DNA of 64,000 nucleotides from Gammaproteobacteria bacterium (GCA_963422205.2 CAXMWX010000011.1:32001-96000); one strand, 5' to 3'. Counted from the first letter of the stretch, positions 10,778 to 21,239 are shown. Notes: generated by a model not told the origin, from the letters alone. Made by a program: numbers and translations.

Positions 10778-12016
10778 ATGAATAATTTCAGCTATGTCTT
10801 CCTGTTGTTTTTGGTGACGGGTGTATTTTTGCAATGGTATCTGTGCCGGCGGCATATCCGGCATATCCAGGCACACCGGGATGCGGTGCCGGCGGCATTT
10901 AAGGATAAAATCCCCTTATCGGCACACCAGAAGGCGGCGGATTATTGTACGGCCAAAACAGCCACGACCATGACCGAGCTCATCATCAGCGCCAGCCTGC
11001 TGTTGATCTGGACCTTCGGCGGGCTGCTGGAGTTTGTCGATCAGGCGGTGAGGATGCTGGCATTATCCGAGCTATGGACTGGCACGGTTTTTATGCTGGC
11101 GGTGATGTACAGTGCGGCTGTTTTTGATATGCCCATGTCGCTGTACCGGGCATTTGTGCTGGAACAGCGGTACGGTTTTAACAAGATGACCGCCCGACTA
11201 TTCATCACCGACATGGGCAAAAATGCCGTGTTGCTGCTGTTGATCGGCACCCCCATGATCATGCTGGTGCTCTTTATCATGGCGCATGCCGGCGGCTACT
11301 GGTGGCTGTATGTCTGGCTGACATGGCTGGGTTTCAGCCTGTTTATGCTGTGGGCTTACCCGACATTTATCGCACCGCTGTTCAATCAATTCAAACCGCT
11401 GGAAGATGCCGAGTTGAAGACCCGCATTGAAAACCTGCTCAGTCGTAACGGCTTCACCAGCCAGGGTATTTTTGTCATGGACGGCTCGGCACGCTCTACC
11501 CACGGCAATGCCTATTTCACCGGCCTGGGGGATAACAAACGTATCGTCTTCTTCGATACCCTGATCGGCGAGTTGAGTTACGATGAGATCGAGGCCGTGC
11601 TGGCGCATGAGCTGGGGCACTTTAAATGCAACCACATCAGAAAACGCATCGGTGTGATGGCGGTGGTGTTTTTACTGGGGTTTGCCCTGCTGGGCTACCT
11701 GCTCAATATGCCATGGTTCTACCACGGGCTGGGCGTCACCACAGCGAGCGATTACATGGCCCTGACGCTGTTCTTTATGGCAGCGCCCGCCTTCACCTTC
11801 GTGCTGCAACCGGCATTTTCCTACACCTCCCGCCGGCATGAGTTTGAAGCTGATGACTTTGCCGCCGAACAGGCACAGCGTGATAACCTGATCCGGGCGC
11901 TGGTGAAGCTGTACCGGGAGAACGCCAATACCTTAACGCCCGACCCGCTGTACTCGGCCTTCCATGATTCGCATCCGCCAGCACCGGTCAGGATCGCCCA
12001 TTTAACGGCGAGGTAA
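10778..12016 (+). CDS. M48 family (Ste24-like) integral membrane zinc metalloprotease
   Basis: Multiple TMs, NAYFTG, HELGH zinc motif, EFEAD, SHPP. Likely start at ATG 10778. Confidence 0.92.
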   Translation: MNNFSYVFLLFLVTGVFLQWYLCRRHIRHIQAHRDAVPAAFKDKIPLSAHQKAADYCTAKTATTMTELIISASLLLIWTFGGLLEFVDQAVRMLALSELWTGTVFMLAVMYSAAVFDMPMSLYRAFVLEQRYGFNKMTARLFITDMGKNAVLLLLIGTPMIMLVLFIMAHAGGYWWLYVWLTWLGFSLFMLWAYPTFIAPLFNQFKPLEDAELKTRIENLLSRNGFTSQGIFVMDGSARSTHGNAYFTGLGDNKRIVFFDTLIGELSYDEIEAVLAHELGHFKCNHIRKRIGVMAVVFLLGFALLGYLLNMPWFYHGLGVTTASDYMALTLFFMAAPAFTFVLQPAFSYTSRRHEFEADDFAAEQAQRDNLIRALVKLYRENANTLTPDPLYSAFHDSHPPAPVRIAHLTAR

Positions 12017-12106
12017 ATCCGGCCCCAAAAATCAAGCCAGGAAATCAAACCCGAAAATCAAACCCGGAAACCAGGTCAAGAAATCAGCCCTGAGAATCAG
12101 ACGCCG
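12016..12106. repeat. Degenerate 13-bp tandem repeat (about 6-7 units, consensus approx. AAATCARNCCNGR)
   Basis: Units at 12029 AAATCAAGCCAGG, 12042 AAATCAAACCCGA, 12055 AAATCAAACCCGG, 12068 AAACCAGGTCAAG, 12081 AAATCAGCCCTGA, 12094 GAATCAGACGCCG. Confidence 0.7.
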
Positions 12107-12173
12107 GGCCAATCGCCATCATAACATCCTGTACCCGTGCGGGCAGAATCACCCTGCCCGGCATGTATCGTTA

Positions 12174-12794
12174 TCATGAACCCACGTCCTGCCGGCCGGC
12201 CAGGGCATGTGACAAGGTGTTGCTGTCAATATATTCCAACTCGCCTCCCAGGGGCACGCCGTGGGCGATGCGGCTGACTTTGACCGCCGCCGGCCGCACC
12301 ATTTCGGTGATGTAATGCGCCGTGGCCTCACCTTCAATGGTCGAATTGGTGGCCAGGATAATCTCGTTGACCTCGCTGGCGGCAAGGCGCTCAGGCAGGG
12401 CATCCAGGCCCAACTCCGCCGGGCCGATGCCATCCAGCGGCGATAAATGCCCCAGCAAGACAAAATAGACGCCCCGGTAGCCGGCTTCCTCCATCGCCTG
12501 CACATCCGCCGGCGACTCGACGATGCAAAGCTGCGCCTGCTCTCGTTTGCCGTTATCACAAATGCCGCATAAGTCATTTTCGGTAAAATTGCGGCAACGC
12601 ACACAATGGCCGACCTGCTGCATGGCCTGTGCAATCGCCTCGGCCAGATGCCTGCCGCCGGCACGGTCACGCTGCAACAGGTGATAGCTCATGCGCTGTG
12701 CGGACTTCCTGCCCACACCGGGCAAACAACACAGCGCCTTGATGAGTGTATTCAGGCAGACAGAGCCGGACATACCCGTTTCGTTGGGCCTCAC
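12174..12794 (-). CDS. recR: Recombination mediator RecR
   Basis: [11 protein letters not shown] HhH, C4 zinc finger, TOPRIM (EIILAT, EGEATA), [14 protein letters not shown]. Confidence 0.97.
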   Translation of the reverse strand: MRPNETGMSGSVCLNTLIKALCCLPGVGRKSAQRMSYHLLQRDRAGGRHLAEAIAQAMQQVGHCVRCRNFTENDLCGICDNGKREQAQLCIVESPADVQAMEEAGYRGVYFVLLGHLSPLDGIGPAELGLDALPERLAASEVNEIILATNSTIEGEATAHYITEMVRPAAVKVSRIAHGVPLGGELEYIDSNTLSHALAGRQDVGS

Positions 12795-13096
12795 AAGGGC
12801 AGCTTGAAACCGCCAGTCAATGCCGACTGCTTTTCCTGTACCACCTTCTCAACCCGCCGGTTGGCATCGTTGATGGCGGCAGCAATCAGGTCTTCCAGCA
12901 TCGCCTTGTCCGATTCATAAACCGCATCGTCAATCGTCAGGCGTTTCACATCATGCTGCCCGGTCATCACAACTTTTACCAGCCCGGCACCGGCCTCGCC
13001 AGTGACTTCAAGACTGGCCATATCCCGCTGCATTTGCTCAACCCTGGCCTGCATCTCCTTGGCCTGCTGCATGATATCGCCCATGCCAAATTTCAT
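12791..13096 (-). CDS. ybaB: YbaB/EbfC nucleoid-associated protein
   Basis: [22 protein letters not shown]; located between dnaX and recR. Confidence 0.95.
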   Translation of the reverse strand: MKFGMGDIMQQAKEMQARVEQMQRDMASLEVTGEAGAGLVKVVMTGQHDVKRLTIDDAVYESDKAMLEDLIAAAINDANRRVEKVVQEKQSALTGGFKLPL

Positions 13097-14709
13097 CGTT
13101 CCTGCTCCCCGGTGCCGGATACCAGCCGGGTGGCCTCCTGATCGATAGTGCCGTCAAACGTGGTCAGGAGGTGCTGCACATGGTTATCGTCCTGAATGGA
13201 TTGCACTGCCGCCTGTCTCGCCTCCGCCGCTTTTCTGCTCTGCATTTGCACCGGGTTCTCATGAGTACAATCATCCACGGTGATCAGCAGCCGGATCTGC
13301 TCCCCCAGATGCTGCCTGATGGCCTCCTGCAAGCGTTCTTTTTGTGCAGCTTTTAGCAGATATTCCTGCCCCGGCGGTAACACCAGGTGGATTTTTTCGC
13401 TGTCATACGCTTGCAGGGAGCAGTGAGCGGCCAGTTCCCTGGCCAGCCCGGTCAGCGCCATCTGTTCTATCAGCTTCTGCCAGCCCTCGCCACTCACAAC
13501 GGGCAGAGGATCATCGGCTTGCGTTTGTTTGGCTTGCGTTGGCGCTGCGACCGGCGCACGGTTGGTACTGCCAGCCACCGGGTCATCACGGCGTCTGCCG
13601 GGCTGATCCTGACCTGCCGCAGGCGGGCTTGCCTTCCAGGGCTGGAACGCCAGCAGCCTGATGATGGTCATTTCAAACCCCATGCGTGAGTCCGGTGCCA
13701 TGGCGATATCCTGCCTGCCATGCAGCAGGATCTGATAGTACAACTGGATATCCTCGGGGGTAAGTTTATCCGCATACGGCTTGATAGCCGGATCGATCGT
13801 ATCCGTCTCTGGCAGTAACACCTGTGCTACGGCAATCTGATGCAGCAGGGCGAGCAACTCGGCCAGCACCGTATCATAATCCGGTGCCGTCTCCGCCATG
13901 CGGGTGATCTGCTGTATGACCTCGGCGGGTTTGTTGGCAATGATATTATCCAGCAGGGCAAACAGCGTGTCCTGCTTTAAGGTGCCCAGCATGGTGCTGA
14001 TCGCCGCTTCAGTCAGCTCGCCCCGGGCATAGGAAATGGCCTGATCCAGTATGCTCAAGGCATCCCGCATACTGCCCTCGGCGGCAATCGCAATCAGCCG
14101 CCCTGCCACGGCATCACAGCCGATACCTTCGGCTTTCAGAATGCTTATCAACTGCTGTTCAATCTGCTCACTGGTGAGGTGTTTGAGGTTAAACTGCAAG
14201 CAGCGTGACAGGATGGTGATCGGGATCTTTTTGGCCTCAGTCGTTGCCAGCAGAAATTTCACGTGTGGCGGGGGTTCTTCCAGCGTCTTTAACAAGGCAT
14301 TGAAACTGTGATTGGAAAACATGTGTACCTCGTCAATCAGGTACACCTTATAGCGGCCCGAAGTAGGCGCATACTGGACGTTATCCATCAAATCACGGGT
14401 CTCTTCCACCTTCGCCCGGGAGGCGGCATCCACTTCAATCAGGTCGATAAAACGCCCCTCATCAATACCCAGACAGGCACCGCACTCACCGCAAGGCTTT
14501 GAGCTGACACCGGCTTCACAGTTAAGGCACTTGGCCAGGATGCGCGCCAAGGTGGTCTTGCCGACACCACGTGTGCCGGTGAACAGGTAGGCATGGTGCA
14601 GGCGATCTGTATCCAGTGCATTAATCAGCGCTTGCAAGACATGCGACTGCCCTACCATATCCTGAAACAGACGGGGACGCCATTTGCGCGCCAGGACTTG
14701 ATAACTCAT
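13093..14709 (-). CDS. dnaX: DNA polymerase III subunit gamma/tau
   Basis: MSYQVLARKWRP, GTRGVGKTT, IDEVHM, SRC, GSMRDA. Confidence 0.97.
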   Translation of the reverse strand: MSYQVLARKWRPRLFQDMVGQSHVLQALINALDTDRLHHAYLFTGTRGVGKTTLARILAKCLNCEAGVSSKPCGECGACLGIDEGRFIDLIEVDAASRAKVEETRDLMDNVQYAPTSGRYKVYLIDEVHMFSNHSFNALLKTLEEPPPHVKFLLATTEAKKIPITILSRCLQFNLKHLTSEQIEQQLISILKAEGIGCDAVAGRLIAIAAEGSMRDALSILDQAISYARGELTEAAISTMLGTLKQDTLFALLDNIIANKPAEVIQQITRMAETAPDYDTVLAELLALLHQIAVAQVLLPETDTIDPAIKPYADKLTPEDIQLYYQILLHGRQDIAMAPDSRMGFEMTIIRLLAFQPWKASPPAAGQDQPGRRRDDPVAGSTNRAPVAAPTQAKQTQADDPLPVVSGEGWQKLIEQMALTGLARELAAHCSLQAYDSEKIHLVLPPGQEYLLKAAQKERLQEAIRQHLGEQIRLLITVDDCTHENPVQMQSRKAAEARQAAVQSIQDDNHVQHLLTTFDGTIDQEATRLVSGTGEQER

Positions 14710-14732
14710 CAGATTATGCCGACCTCAAAGCC

Positions 14733-14761
14733 GCCTGCCGCGTTTCTCCGTGGCGGCAGGC
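14733..14761 (-). terminator. GC-rich hairpin between ffs and dnaX (possible terminator or processing stem)
   Basis: GCCTGCCGC...GCGGCAGGC 9-bp stem; only a weak U-tract follows. Confidence 0.35.
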
Positions 14762-14789
14762 CGGTGCTGTTGTTACAGTGAATACAAGA

Positions 14790-14902
14790 AGCGACCTGCA
14801 TCGTTCTGCACCCGGCACCCGCATCCACTGCTACCGCTGCTCCCTTCCGGGCCTGACGGGGTTCACAACTTCGCGCTGCTGAGGAGACCGACACAGGTCA
14901 CC
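14790..14902 (-). ncRNA. ffs: Signal recognition particle 4.5S RNA
   Basis: Minus strand carries the domain IV signature CCCCGTCAGGCCCGGAAGGGAGCAGCGG; the 5' GGTGACCTG can pair with the 3' CAGGTCGC; upstream of dnaX, a common synteny. Confidence 0.92.
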
Positions 14903-14989
14903 CGGCGATCATACCACACCTAATCCGGCAAGTTCAGAGTTCGGCGCCACGGATTAAGAAGCCGCCGACATCAGCCAGCGAGCCAGGAC

Positions 14990-16183
14990 TCAGGTCATGA
15001 TCCTGGCGATTGAGTCAGCCACATACGCCACATTGCCCGGTTTGATTCCGGCCAGATTGATACGGCCGTTCTCCGGCAGATAAATGCTGTAATCACTCAC
15101 CAGGCGGGCGGCCTGCTGTTGGCTGATCCCCAGCAGCGAAAACATGCCGTATTGTTGTTTAAGAAAATGAAAATCCCCCACCGCCCGACTGCCAAGTGCA
15201 TCTGCCAACAGTTGGCGGTTTCCAGTCAGGCGATCACGCATCACATCCAGCTCTGCCAGCCATTCGGCTTCAAGCGCATCATCGCTGAGGATAGAGGAGA
15301 CCAGCGCCGCACCATGGTGGGGCGGCACCGAGTACATCGTGCGAACGATATGGTAGGCATTGCTGAAGGCAGCCTGGGTGGCCGCTTGATCTCTTCCCAA
15401 GATAAGCAAGGCGCCCACCCGGTCACGATAAAGCCCAAAGTTCTTGGAACAGGAATAGGCCAGCATGGCCTCCGGCACAGCGGCGAGCAAGCGGCGCACC
15501 GGCTTGAGATCATCGCTGATGGGCAGGGCAAAACCATGGTAGGCAATGTCGATAAACGGGATCAGGCCCTTCGCTGTGCATAATGCCGTCAAGTCGGCCC
15601 AATGCGCCTCACTGAGATCAGCCCCGGTCGGGTTGTGACAACTGCCATGCAGCAGCACAATATCGCCAGCCTCGGCACGATCTTCAAGATGCGAGAGCAT
15701 CGCCTCGGCCAGCACCGCATGGCTGGCGTTGTCGTAATAGGGATAGCCCTCCAGTTGCATACCGGTAGCCGACAGCAGCGGGGCATGATTCGCCCAGGTA
15801 GGTGAGCTGGTCCAGATGGTCACCGTCGGGCTGGCACGGCGAATCAGCTCGCCTGCCACCCGCAGCGCACCGCTGCCGCCGGGCGTCTGTAACAGGCGCA
15901 CGCGCGCCGTCCCGATGGCGGTCAGGGCATCACCCAGGATCAACCCGCTGATGCGTTCGGCAAACTGTGGATCACCGGCGGGACTGAAATAAGTCTTGGT
16001 TGTTTCGGTCTCATGGCGGATAGCCTCGGCCTTTTTAATCGCCGTTAATATGGGCGTCTCACCCGCCTCATCCTGATACACCCCCACCCCCAGATCCACC
16101 TTATCGGGATTGGCATCCGCCCGGTACAGATCGATCAGTTTCAGGATGGAATCCGGGGGCACCCGTTTCAGTGTCTCGTACAT
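14990..16183 (-). CDS. Aspartate/aromatic amino acid aminotransferase (AspC/TyrB family)
   Basis: KVDLGVGVY, QTPGGSGAL, HNPTG, DIAY, SCSKNFGLYRDRVG (PLP lysine), GRIN. Confidence 0.93.
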   Translation of the reverse strand: MYETLKRVPPDSILKLIDLYRADANPDKVDLGVGVYQDEAGETPILTAIKKAEAIRHETETTKTYFSPAGDPQFAERISGLILGDALTAIGTARVRLLQTPGGSGALRVAGELIRRASPTVTIWTSSPTWANHAPLLSATGMQLEGYPYYDNASHAVLAEAMLSHLEDRAEAGDIVLLHGSCHNPTGADLSEAHWADLTALCTAKGLIPFIDIAYHGFALPISDDLKPVRRLLAAVPEAMLAYSCSKNFGLYRDRVGALLILGRDQAATQAAFSNAYHIVRTMYSVPPHHGAALVSSILSDDALEAEWLAELDVMRDRLTGNRQLLADALGSRAVGDFHFLKQQYGMFSLLGISQQQAARLVSDYSIYLPENGRINLAGIKPGNVAYVADSIARIMT

Positions 16184-16185
16184 GA

Positions 16186-17814
16186 CTAGCCTGCCTTTCG
16201 CATATTTTTTATGCCGTCCACAAAACGGTTCAGTGTGGTTGACATCAGCCCGCGCTGCAAACGAATATCAATTAATCGAAATGTTGAATCGTCCTGAAAA
16301 GCCGTGTCCATGGCCGCATATAATTGCCCCCTGGTGGTCACACTGTCGCCACGGCCACCGATCGCCTCGGCGATGGCGGCAAAATTCAGGGTATCGAGAT
16401 CATTAAAGCCGGATTCGGGCTGGAACGCCCGGAGCATCTCCCAGCTGCTGTTATTAAATACCAGCACAATGGGAGACCAGCCGTAGCGCGGACAGTTTAG
16501 CAATTCAATACCGGTCATCTGAAAAGCGCCATCACCCACCAACACCAAAGGCCGCCTGCCGGTGGCCGCCTGCACACCCAGGCCCGCCGGCACACCATAG
16601 CCCATCGTGGCATAGTATCCCGGGGCAACCAGTTCAGTATATTCGATATCCATGGCGGTAAACAAACAATCGCCCATATCCGCCGCTATCGGCAGTGGCC
16701 CATGCTGGCTGAACATATCGTTCACGGCGGTGGCAATATCGGTCGGCGTGATCGGTGCATCATCCACACAGAGCTGCCCGGGGAAGTCAAACACGGGCAC
16801 GGAGGGGATTGGCCTGGCGGGCAGCTTGCTGTTTAACGCCAGCACCAGCTCCTTGAGAGGGATCGCCGGGTAGGTGTGATAGGCCAGCGAGACAGCGCCT
16901 TCATAGGCCGTGATGGTCTTTCTCAAGTCAATTTTTTTCTCGGAGATCCCGAAATTGGTATCCGATAACAACACGCCCAATAAAAACAAGCCATCGGAGG
17001 ATTCCACCAGGCGGGTTAATTCCGGCTCCCCGGCCACTCCCATATACGTGCCCTTGAGATCCACCGCCTGCCCGGCCAGCAGACCCCGGCCCATGAAGGT
17101 GGTGGCCACCGGGATCCCCAGCTTCTGACTTAGCTCGGTCACCGCCTGTTCCAGCCCGTAACGACGTATCTCAACACCGACCATCAGCACGGGCGAGGCC
17201 GCCTGTTCCAGGATGGCAATGATCTCATCGGTACAGGCATTTAAGGCATCTTTATCTACCTCGGTGGCGGCTAGCGGCGGCGGGATGGCCGCACAGGGTT
17301 CAAACACCTTGTCCCGCGGCACTTCAATATAGACCGGGCGAGATTCAGCAAGGCAGTTTCGCAACACCCTGGCAATCTGCGCCGGTGCCTGCTGCACGTC
17401 ATCTATCACCACCTGATCGCAGGTCACTTCCTTATACACCTGCAACTGCGAGTTGAGTTGCTTTGCCTGATGATGCACCAGCAGGCCCGTCGATCTGTCC
17501 GCCTGCCCCGGCCCGCCGGAGATCACAATCACAGGCGCCCGCTCGGCATAGGCAGCGGCGATCGGGTTGACCATATTAAAAGCACCGGCGCCATAGGTCA
17601 CCGCCGCCACAGACGGCTTGCAATGAAAGCGGGAGGCGGCATCGGCGGCAAAGCCCACGGCCGGTTCGTGGCTCAAGGTATACAGCGGTAACTGCCGGCT
17701 CTCCTCTATGACTTTGAACAGCGGTAAGGCAAAATCACCGGGGATGCCAAATATCTCCCTGGCACCGTAAGCCTTCAAGGCCACAAGCAACTGCTCGGCA
17801 AGATTCATGCTCAC
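16186..17814 (-). CDS. ipdC: Indolepyruvate/phenylpyruvate decarboxylase (ThDP-dependent)
   Basis: IFGIPGDFALP, LSHEPAVGFAADA, VTYGAGA, LVHHQ, GYYATMGYGVP, GDGAFQMTG...NNSSWEML; resembles Azospirillum-type IpdC. Confidence 0.88.
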   Translation of the reverse strand: MSMNLAEQLLVALKAYGAREIFGIPGDFALPLFKVIEESRQLPLYTLSHEPAVGFAADAASRFHCKPSVAAVTYGAGAFNMVNPIAAAYAERAPVIVISGGPGQADRSTGLLVHHQAKQLNSQLQVYKEVTCDQVVIDDVQQAPAQIARVLRNCLAESRPVYIEVPRDKVFEPCAAIPPPLAATEVDKDALNACTDEIIAILEQAASPVLMVGVEIRRYGLEQAVTELSQKLGIPVATTFMGRGLLAGQAVDLKGTYMGVAGEPELTRLVESSDGLFLLGVLLSDTNFGISEKKIDLRKTITAYEGAVSLAYHTYPAIPLKELVLALNSKLPARPIPSVPVFDFPGQLCVDDAPITPTDIATAVNDMFSQHGPLPIAADMGDCLFTAMDIEYTELVAPGYYATMGYGVPAGLGVQAATGRRPLVLVGDGAFQMTGIELLNCPRYGWSPIVLVFNNSSWEMLRAFQPESGFNDLDTLNFAAIAEAIGGRGDSVTTRGQLYAAMDTAFQDDSTFRLIDIRLQRGLMSTTLNRFVDGIKNMRKAG

Positions 17815-18022
17815 ATCTCACGGTAAAATGAGTCAGGTCATCTTAATACATATCGCCACGGATTAAATTATTTTTACAGCAACATCTGGCAGCTTTGCAA
17901 ACGCAGTATGACAGCGGGAAATAACCCCGCTGCTTTGGCGAGTATTTTATGTCTTTGCGGCGGGGCAAGGGCAATGCTCCGGCAGGTTTGCCGTTCGTAC
18001 CCTTCTGTCGCTGCCAGCATCC

Positions 18023-18322
18023 TCAAGGCGTATCGTCGGTACGATTTGCATAGGTGTCCAGTTGCTCTGCTGTGGCCGTCTTTTGATATTTTTCCTTCCA
18101 TTGACTGTACGGCATACCATAGATGATCTCCCTGGCGGCCTCATAGTCTATCTTGATATCTCGTTGCTCTGCCGCCGCCTGATACCATTTTGATAAACAG
18201 TTACGGCAAAACCCCGCCAGGTTCATCAAATCAATATTCTGTACTTCTGTGTGCTCACGCAGGTAGGAGACCAGATGTCGAAATGTGGCGGCTTCCAGTT
18301 CACGTTGTGTTTGGGTATCCAC
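18023..18322 (-). CDS. DUF1244 family protein
   Basis: ELEAATFRHL...VQNIDLMNLAGFCRNCLSKWY...IYGMPY. GTG start at 18322 with GGAGG upstream. Confidence 0.88.
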   Translation of the reverse strand: MDTQTQRELEAATFRHLVSYLREHTEVQNIDLMNLAGFCRNCLSKWYQAAAEQRDIKIDYEAAREIIYGMPYSQWKEKYQKTATAEQLDTYANRTDDTP

Positions 18323-18423
18323 GACAATCACCTCCGTCTTGTTGCAAGGATGAGAATGGCGCTATTATAGCCTGCTGAACGTAAAACAATACGATTAATC
18401 AAGCGGTCGGAGCCGATAAAACA

Positions 18424-19752
18424 TTGCCGGGGAAAAACTTGCATCGCATTGTCATCATAGGGGGTGGGGCCGGTGGTTTGGAGCTGGCCACACGCCTGGG
18501 ACACAAGCTGGGCAGGAAGAGGCGCGCCCACATCACCTTGATTGACGCCACCTTGACACATCTGTGGAAACCGCTGCTGCATGAGGTCGCCGCCGGTACC
18601 CTTAACTCGCACGAAGATGAGCTAAGCTATCTGGCACAGGCACACTGGAATCATTTTACCTTCCGGCTGGGGCGGGTAGATCACATAGACCGCAGCAGGC
18701 GGCACGTCAGCACAGCGCCCACGCTGGATGAGGATGAGAACGCCTATATCCCGCGCCGGGACTTTCCCTACGACACCTTGATCATCGCGGTCGGCAGCAT
18801 TTCAAACGATTTTCATATTGCCGGGGTAGCACAGCACTGCCATTTTATTGATCAGACGAATCAGGCGGAGAGCTTTCACCAGCATCTGTTGAAGGCCTAT
18901 TACACCGCCGATACCCAGAAGGATGAGCTGCGCGCCGGCCAGCTGCATATCGCCATTGCCGGTGCGGGTGCAACCGGTGTTGAACTGGCGGCCGAGTTGT
19001 ACCGCTCTACCCGGGATCTGATCACCTACGGCCTTAATCGCATTCAGCCGGATAAACATCTGAAAATCACGCTCATAGAAGCTGCGGAGCGGATCCTGCC
19101 GGGCCTGCCGCCAAGACTCTCGCAGCAGGTGACCGATAATCTCAGACGAATCGGCATTGAGGTCGTGACCAATGAGCAGATCAGCAAGGCAACAGCAGAT
19201 GCCTACATCACGGCCAGTGGCAAGGCAATCCCCGCACAGATTAAAGTGTGGGCTGCTGGCGTTAAGGCGCCGGATTTTCTTAACAGGATTGACGGGCTTG
19301 AGACCAACAGGATCAATCAACTCCTGGTCAAGCCAACGCTGCAAACGACCCGGGATGAGGCTGTTTTTGCCCTTGGCGATTGTGCGGCCTGTCCGCTGGA
19401 AGATGGATCGGGCACGGTGCCGCCACGGGCACAGGCGGCACATCAGCAGGCCACATTGCTGGTGCAGACAATGCAGCATCGCCTCGCCGCCAGGCCGCTG
19501 CCGAGCTATCGCTATGTGGATTACGGCTCACTGATCACGATGAGTCAATACGCTGTTGTGGGCAGCCTGATGGGCAATATCGCCCGGCTTTGGTCAAGCC
19601 GGGTCTTTGTTGAAGGCACACTCGCCCGCCTCGTCTATCTCTCGCTCTACAAACTGCATCAACTGGCCTTGTTTGGTGTTATCCGCATCACGCTGCTGAC
19701 CGTTGCCAATATCTTGACGCGCAAGGTGAAGCCACGCATGAAGCTGCACTAG
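18424..19752 (+). CDS. ndh: Type II NADH:quinone oxidoreductase
   Basis: GGGAGG FAD motif, HLWKPLLHEVAAG, GAGATGVELAAE, GDCA, PPRAQAAHQQ, C-terminal KLH. Confidence 0.94.
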   Translation: MPGKNLHRIVIIGGGAGGLELATRLGHKLGRKRRAHITLIDATLTHLWKPLLHEVAAGTLNSHEDELSYLAQAHWNHFTFRLGRVDHIDRSRRHVSTAPTLDEDENAYIPRRDFPYDTLIIAVGSISNDFHIAGVAQHCHFIDQTNQAESFHQHLLKAYYTADTQKDELRAGQLHIAIAGAGATGVELAAELYRSTRDLITYGLNRIQPDKHLKITLIEAAERILPGLPPRLSQQVTDNLRRIGIEVVTNEQISKATADAYITASGKAIPAQIKVWAAGVKAPDFLNRIDGLETNRINQLLVKPTLQTTRDEAVFALGDCAACPLEDGSGTVPPRAQAAHQQATLLVQTMQHRLAARPLPSYRYVDYGSLITMSQYAVVGSLMGNIARLWSSRVFVEGTLARLVYLSLYKLHQLALFGVIRITLLTVANILTRKVKPRMKLH

Positions 19753-19794
19753 CCGCTGCCCGGCGATACCGCACCATGGCAGCCAGGCACACCT

Positions 19795-21219
19795 TTATAC
19801 CTCATCCAGCTTATGCTTCTTGATCCGGTAACGTAAGGCCATGCGGGTGATCCCCAGCGCCCGGGCCGCCTTTGAGACATTGCCATCGGCCCTGGCAAGT
19901 GCCTGGCTGATCAATGCCAGCTCGGCGGCATCCAGGGTCATGGGCTCTGCACCGGTCAACGGCGGCGGCTCGGCTGTATGCCCCATCGGCAGGGATAAAT
20001 GCTGTGGCTGTATCTGCCCTTCCCCACAGATCAGCACCGCTCTCTCCATCATGTGTTTTAACTCACGCACATTACCCGGCCAGGCATAGGCTGCCATCGC
20101 CGCCCGGGCCGCCGGCGAGATAGCGACCTCGGTCAAGCCATAGCGTACCATGTTGATCTGGCAAAAATAATCGGCCAGCAGATCAATATCCCGCCCCCGC
20201 TCCCGTAATGCCGGCATGTCGATCGTCAGCACATTCAGCCGGTAGTAAAGATCAGAACGAAATTTGCCTTCTGCTGACAGCTGCTTAATGTCCCGATTGG
20301 TGGCAGCAATGATCCAGGCGGCGACCGATCTTTCCTGTGTCGTGCCAACCCGGCGCAGCGTTCTGCGCTCCAGCACAGCCAGCAGCTTGGCCTGCAAATC
20401 CAGCGGTAATTCACCCATCTCATCCATGAACAAGACGCCATCCTCCGCCGCCTCAATCAGGCCGGTGCGTGATACATGGGCGCTGGTAAAAGCGCCTTTT
20501 TCATGCCCGAACAGCTCGGCCTCTATCAGGTCTTTCGGCAGGCTGGCACAATCCACATGCACAAATGGCTTGTCACAGCGTGAACTTCTGGCATGCAGCA
20601 AGCGGGCAATGACATCCTTGCCAGTACCCGTTTCACCCAGGATCAGGATGGTCGGCGGGATAGTGTCGGTGGCACGGGTCAGCTGGTTGATCCGCTCAAC
20701 CTGGCGTTTAATATCGTCCACCCTGGCCGACTCGCCGAGAAAAACCACGGCCTCGGCGGCATTTTGCTCTCGCTTGCTGGAGAGGGTCAGTTTTTGAGAA
20801 AGCCGGTCACGATCCAGCACCTTGTCGATGTTGATCATCAACTCATCCAGATCAACCGGCTTTTTCAGATAATCCGAAGCGCCCAGCTTCATGGCCGAGA
20901 CCGCATCCTCAATCTCACCATAGGCCGACATCACCACCACCGGAATCGACAGGCGCAACCCCGCCCGCATGGCCGATAATAAATCCAGCCCGGAGCCATC
21001 CGGCAGGCGCATGTCCAGCAACACCAGATCAGGGGTGCTGGTCTTGATGCGACGCATCGCCGATTCCAGACTCATCGCCAGGTCGGTCTTGAAGCCGCTA
21101 TGGGTCAAGCGCTTTTGCACGGCCCTGGCAAAGACTTTCTCATCTTCAACAAGCAGGATTTTTTTTTCAATCACCGGCACTTCGGTTGAAGTCACGGCAG
21201 GAAAGGTATTTTCATTCAT
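19795..21219 (-). CDS. Sigma54-dependent response regulator (REC-AAA+-Fis HTH, NtrC family)
   Basis: Receiver domain (VEDE, LLDMRLP), GETGTGKD, GAFTSA, MDEMGE, FRSDLYYRL, WPGNVREL, Fis-type HTH. Confidence 0.94.
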   Translation of the reverse strand: MNENTFPAVTSTEVPVIEKKILLVEDEKVFARAVQKRLTHSGFKTDLAMSLESAMRRIKTSTPDLVLLDMRLPDGSGLDLLSAMRAGLRLSIPVVVMSAYGEIEDAVSAMKLGASDYLKKPVDLDELMINIDKVLDRDRLSQKLTLSSKREQNAAEAVVFLGESARVDDIKRQVERINQLTRATDTIPPTILILGETGTGKDVIARLLHARSSRCDKPFVHVDCASLPKDLIEAELFGHEKGAFTSAHVSRTGLIEAAEDGVLFMDEMGELPLDLQAKLLAVLERRTLRRVGTTQERSVAAWIIAATNRDIKQLSAEGKFRSDLYYRLNVLTIDMPALRERGRDIDLLADYFCQINMVRYGLTEVAISPAARAAMAAYAWPGNVRELKHMMERAVLICGEGQIQPQHLSLPMGHTAEPPPLTGAEPMTLDAAELALISQALARADGNVSKAARALGITRMALRYRIKKHKLDEV

Positions 21220-21239
21220 CGTGTTGTACCCGTGAATCT

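Noticed and set aside
12016-12106. CRISPR array
   Set aside because: Units are 13 bp, contiguous, without spacers, and there are no cas genes.
13093-14709. dnaX programmed -1 frameshift signal
   Set aside because: No A AAA AAG heptamer found by eye; the nearest A-run reads A CAA AAA GAA.
14709-14894. 61-aa ORF upstream of dnaX
   Set aside because: It overlaps the SRP RNA gene, which explains the region.
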